Source: Candidatus Poribacteria bacterium
GTDB taxonomy: Bacteria; Poribacteria; WGA-4E; PCPOR2b
Assembly: GCA_965218095.1 (NCBI GenBank)
Contig: OZ244587.1
Location: 6,272,001 to 6,336,000 of the forward strand
Direction of reading: 5' to 3'
DNA: 64,000 nucleotides
In this document: in pieces, positions 60,285 through 64,000 of the stretch
Position numbering within the stretch: position 1 is the first letter of the stretch
Layout: each line of letters starts with the position of its first letter
Made by a program: the position numbers and the translations under genes
Notes under the pieces: model-generated
Seen by the model: the letters and a program-made list of their open reading frames with translations, nothing else
What the model was told of the DNA's origin: nothing
The model's database searches: none

Positions 60285-60479
60285 ATGTCATCACAAAGGA
60301 AGGTGGATATTCAACGTGTTAAAGAACATCTACAAAAACATGCTGATAAAACCCACCGAATTGAAGAGAGGTTATTTACCTCTACTGCAACCGTAGAAGA
60401 TTTAAGAGTTGCAATTCAGTTACTTAAAAATGACTACACACTAATTACAACCATTTTCAAAAGGTTGGAAATAGTGTAA
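60285..60479 (+). CDS. IS1595 passenger: 64-aa helical hypothetical protein
   Basis: AAGGAGG RBS; flanked by 14-bp inverted repeats. Confidence 0.65.
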   Translation: MSSQRKVDIQRVKEHLQKHADKTHRIEERLFTSTATVEDLRVAIQLLKNDYTLITTIFKRLEIV

Positions 60480-60517
60480 TCTAATCCTTCTATGGAGTCT
60501 CCAGAGGTTTTCCCACC

Positions 60518-61399
60518 CTACACAAAGCATTCCCTGATAAACTTCTTGAAGATGTTCCGGTTCTTCCGGTTGTTGTACTTGTAACACGCCTCAGCGATGT
60601 AGAGCGAAACATGCTTGTAGTGGTGATGTGTACCATGAAACGCACGTTTCACCAGCGACCAGAACCCTTCAATCGTGTTTGTGTGGGTATTACCGTCCAC
60701 GTACTGCCAGTTCTTGTGTCTGATGACATGGTGAGGCATGAGCCCATCAACCGCCTCATACGATGAGAACTCATCTGTCATTAGAACTGAATCCTTCGGC
60801 TTCTCAATAACGCCTTTGATGAACCCCAAAACGCCCTTACGACTCAAACTCGTAGCCACACGCGCCACAACATTCCCAGCCCGTTCAACAGCACCGATAA
60901 CGGGCGTTTTCTTCGTGCCTCTACCTCGCTTGCTCGGTGGAGGCAAGTTCCCGTCCTTGTCTTTTCGTCGTCGGGGCTTACCGCCCACGTAGGTTTCATC
61001 GCATTCAATAATTCCTCTCAGTAAAACCTTGCCCTTTCTACCCATCTCAGACCTGATTCGTTTCATCATGAACCAAGCTGAGGGTTGCGTTAAGTCCAAA
61101 TGACGAGCCATTTGACAACTTGATAGGCTTTTCTTCGCATCGTTCATTAACAGGATAGCCATAAACCACTTCTGAAGTGGAATCTGTGTTCCTTGAAATA
61201 TCGTTCCCTGTAACACATTGAAACTTGACTTACAAGTATGGCAATTCCAACGACCAATTATGCTAGCTTCATTCTTCGGTGCAACCTTTTTACTTTCGCA
61301 ATATGGACACTCAGGTTTGCCACCCCAGCGGATAGTTTCTAAGTGTTTAATACAACTCTCTTGGTCAGAAAATCGTTCTACAGCATCAAACAAGTTCAT
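60518..61399 (-). CDS. IS1595-family transposase
   Basis: Zn ribbon CPYCES..WNCHTC, TIFQGT.IPL.KW, ECDETYVGG, TDEFSSY, HTNTIEGFWS..KR. Confidence 0.95.
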   Translation of the reverse strand: MNLFDAVERFSDQESCIKHLETIRWGGKPECPYCESKKVAPKNEASIIGRWNCHTCKSSFNVLQGTIFQGTQIPLQKWFMAILLMNDAKKSLSSCQMARHLDLTQPSAWFMMKRIRSEMGRKGKVLLRGIIECDETYVGGKPRRRKDKDGNLPPPSKRGRGTKKTPVIGAVERAGNVVARVATSLSRKGVLGFIKGVIEKPKDSVLMTDEFSSYEAVDGLMPHHVIRHKNWQYVDGNTHTNTIEGFWSLVKRAFHGTHHHYKHVSLYIAEACYKYNNRKNRNIFKKFIRECFV

Positions 61400-61959
61400 T
61401 CATCTCAACTCCTTTATTCATAAGGGTTTGATGCCTATATTGTATCAAATTTACACAAAACTTGCAAGCCTAAACCTTATAAGCGCGAAACGTAATGGAT
61501 TGCCTAAGCCATCAACCGTGATGTGAATTTTGGTTGAAAATCCACCCACACTACGTCCGAGTGCCTGTGAGGCTTGACCGCCACTTGTTTTCAAACCCCC
61601 TGCAGCACAGGGGTGAGCGCGGCAGATGGTACTGTCACCATATCTAGGTCGTTGACAAAGTGTTGATGCAGCCGTTGGAAGATGCCTTTATCGCACCAGC
61701 AAGCGAATTGTTTATAGACGCTGTTCCAACTGCCGTACTCTTTTGGTAGGAGTCGCCATTGACTACCACTACGAGTTATCCAAAGCACTGCTTGGACAAA
61801 ACGTTTTAAGTTCGCTTGCTGTCCGGTGTAGACATCGGAACAGGTTTGCAGGAATGCTGCTATTTTTGACCATTGATTATCGGATAAGGTAAGTGTTGAC
61901 ATATCGTTATTATGCCATGAATGTCAACACGTCCTAGCTAAATATTTTTCCGCGATGTA

Positions 61960-62705
61960 CTATCCACGACCAATGTAAAGCTGATTGACAGGCATCACAA
62001 TCGCTTCAAGCATGTTGACGTGCGGTGCATGTTGACGTGCGGTGGTAGAGTCGCTATGAGAACCACGGCTTGTGCGAGTTCATCCACCTGCATCATCGGC
62101 TCAGACGGGGACTCTTGACGATCGCTGACGCGCTCGACAAGCGTATTGCCCGGATGCAAACAACTGGCGACAATTCCGTGTCGGCGTCCCTCCAAAGCGG
62201 TCACCTGGGTCAACCCCCAGATGCCAAATTTGCTCGCGCTATAAAGCGCAGAGTTCAGTCGGACCCGCTGTGCCGAGATACTGCCGATGTTGATGATGCG
62301 TCCCCCACCTTGCTTCTTCATAATGCGCATCGCGGCACGGGTACAGAGGAAAGGCCCTCGAAGATTGACGGCAATCACGTTGTCCCACGCCTCCGTCGAG
62401 AGCTCATCCAGCGGTCCCCCATCGAAGGCGCCAGAGTTGTTGACCAGAATATCCACCCGGTTGAAGCGTTCCATCGTGCGTTCAAACAGCGCTTCAATCT
62501 GTGCTTCATCGGTGACATCGGTCGGTATAGTGAGTACCGTTGCGCCGTTTGCCCTTAATTCTTCAGCCGTTTGATTCAATTCTTCGACCCCGCGTGCCGC
62601 TAATACGACGCTCGCGCCTTCAGCGGCGAGCCCCCGTGCGATCCCTTTGCCAATTCCCCTGTTACCTCCTGTGATGATAGCAACTTTACCATCTAACTTG
62701 CCCAT
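61960..62705 (-). pseudogene. SDR oxidoreductase with C-terminus frameshifted by a 17-bp tandem duplication
   Basis: TGGNRGIG, NNSG, YSASK; GCATGTTGACGTGCGGT x2 at 62010..62043; removing one copy gives ..PPHVNMLEAIVMPVNQLYIGRG*. Confidence 0.85.
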
Positions 62706-62762
62706 CGGATTCTCCTTTCATTTTACGCAGGCGTTTCGTTGATGATTGACGATGATTGGTTG

Positions 62763-63470
62763 TCAATTCGTTGATTCGTTGACTTGCAGCCACTCTGTCA
62801 GCTTGCTATATGTTTGAGGCGCGAGGATTCTTTCCCCCGCGAGGTCCATCCCAAACAGGTGATCACGCAGCAGTTGCAATTCCGCGAGCGTATCCACATC
62901 ATACCACGGCGGTAGCAGCCCCAATTGTGCCTTGACAGATTCGATTTTCCCAAGCGTCTGTCGGAAGACGACATCGGTGCTCCATGTGATTTCTTCAAAG
63001 ATGGTAGGAATCAACAACGACGCCCTGTGCTTTGAAAAGCCAATCAGGTAGTAGCCACCGTCCACACTGGGACCGATGACGACATCGCGCGATTCTAGCA
63101 GATTGAGCGCAAGTTTGACATACTGAATCGGCAGCGTCGGGCTATCTGACCCCACGAATAGGAATTTCGTATAGTTCTGATCGCATGCCCAACGCGCAGC
63201 AGTGATCAGGCGTTCCCCGAGATCTATGCCTTTTTGGGGAATATAAATCAGATCTTTGCCAATCAAGATTTTCAAAGCACTCAGGCTTTCGGGCGGCGTA
63301 TAGGCGATTACGCGGCGAGCCGTGGGGATGCCAGAGAGGGCATTGCACCAATCGATGAGAAAGGCTTGATACAGTGACGCTGCCTGCTCTGGCGAGAGAT
63401 GAGGAATCAGGCGGGTTTTAACTTGACCGGGAACAGGGTTTTTGACAAAGACAATGATGCAAGCTGCCAC
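62763..63470 (-). CDS. DUF2064/TIGR04282-type glycosyltransferase-like protein
   Basis: IVFVK.P.PG.VKTRL, Q.G.DLGER, VGSDSP, V.GPS.DGGYYLIG, I.WST, DVD. Confidence 0.88.
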   Translation of the reverse strand: MAACIIVFVKNPVPGQVKTRLIPHLSPEQAASLYQAFLIDWCNALSGIPTARRVIAYTPPESLSALKILIGKDLIYIPQKGIDLGERLITAARWACDQNYTKFLFVGSDSPTLPIQYVKLALNLLESRDVVIGPSVDGGYYLIGFSKHRASLLIPTIFEEITWSTDVVFRQTLGKIESVKAQLGLLPPWYDVDTLAELQLLRDHLFGMDLAGERILAPQTYSKLTEWLQVNESTN

Positions 63471-63492
63471 ATTTCACCCCTTGGTTGTGTAT

Positions 63493-63960
63493 CTATAGAA
63501 AAGTCGGGTCTAATTCCGGATCAGCGTCCACCCCGCTCGACGTGGGAGGGGAAAGGTGTGCAGATCGCAAATTCAGCAATTCCCGTTGGCTCGACTGGTG
63601 TTGTGTCCAAGTGATCGCAATCACAATACAGGCAATAATGATAGCCAGAAGGGCTATCAGACTGCCGTTGAGCGTTCCATTACTGATGTCGATTCGGTAT
63701 TTTGCAACAAATCCAGTGGCGGCGGCAAGTAATGCCAGTGTCAGACTTGCGTACCACGGTAAATGGAGGATTACCCCTACCAGTGAAACCAACGACACCC
63801 ATAGACTGAACTTGGCGAGGTTGCTGATAAGGGCATCGGTGGCGCCGGTTGAATCCGGATCATTTGCGGAAGCAGACGTGCTTTGTTTTCGGTTACGACG
63901 ACGAGGCGGACGCACTTCACGATAGGTGGATTCGACCAAACGAATAAATTCCGCCATCAA
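63493..63960 (-). CDS. Hypothetical membrane protein
   Basis: Open frame with three hydrophobic segments; start uncertain. Confidence 0.55.
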   Translation of the reverse strand: MMAEFIRLVESTYREVRPPRRRNRKQSTSASANDPDSTGATDALISNLAKFSLWVSLVSLVGVILHLPWYASLTLALLAAATGFVAKYRIDISNGTLNGSLIALLAIIIACIVIAITWTQHQSSQRELLNLRSAHLSPPTSSGVDADPELDPTFL

Positions 63961-64000
63961 TTTTCCTTGTTTGAGCCACCGAAAAAGGGTAGGATATTCA

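Larger units (their letters stand above)
59277..61487 (-). mobile_element. IS1595-family transporter element (2211 bp) with passenger ORFs
   Basis: TIRs CGCATTTATAAATAATTGGCTTGCA / TGCAAGCCTAAACCTTATAAGCGCG; 8-bp DR AAACGTAA (59269-59276, 61488-61495). Confidence 0.9.
58932..61934 (-). mobile_element. Divergent IS5-family element (copy D), interrupted by IS1595
   Basis: Ends GGTTCTGTTGACAT / ATGTCAACACGTCC; transposase pieces 61591..61902, 61496..61590 and 58947..59268. Confidence 0.88.

Noticed and set aside
1-64000. tRNA, rRNA or CRISPR array
   Set aside because: None recognised by eye; no cloverleaf, rRNA signature or regular repeat-spacer pattern.

Overview
AT/GC-balanced bacterial chromosomal segment. 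It carries housekeeping genes (ilvD, accB, efp, mnmA, aroQ/B/K/A, purQ/L/D, murB, trpF) and a C1/methionine cluster: a MetF-MetV fusion, a pterin-binding methyltransferase, a virulence-factor-domain protein and a homocysteine S-methyltransferase. Ten IS copies are present (2 x DDE element with 8-bp DR, 2 x IS3, IS630, 4 x IS5, IS1595), along with two MITE-like elements. Many accessory genes are eroded: a restriction endonuclease, DUF559-TPR, two HNH-Sel1 paralogs, SIR2-TPR, MTase-HNH, and hisC, cyclase and MFS remnants. The gene content (Sel1/TPR proteins, YCF48-type propeller, IS load) is reminiscent of sponge-associated Ca. Poribacteria, but that is inference only. The most notable observations are: (1) two exported thiol-oxidoreductases that the ORF track splits at an in-frame TGA lying exactly at the catalytic Cys position (a DUF1223 UxxC protein with a clean SECIS-like hairpin, and a 1-Sec peroxiredoxin), i.e. 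probable selenoproteins; (2) an IS1595 transporter element nested in an IS5, whose three small passenger ORFs are separated by related GGGGTGYTA hairpins, one of which is a 22-bp copy of the transposase 3' end, suggesting a cassette-like array; (3) an IS5 variant in which a 16-bp duplication removes the need for the programmed frameshift; (4) a perfect REP-like palindrome translated in-frame inside purL. All family assignments come from motif recognition by eye; no database searches were run.
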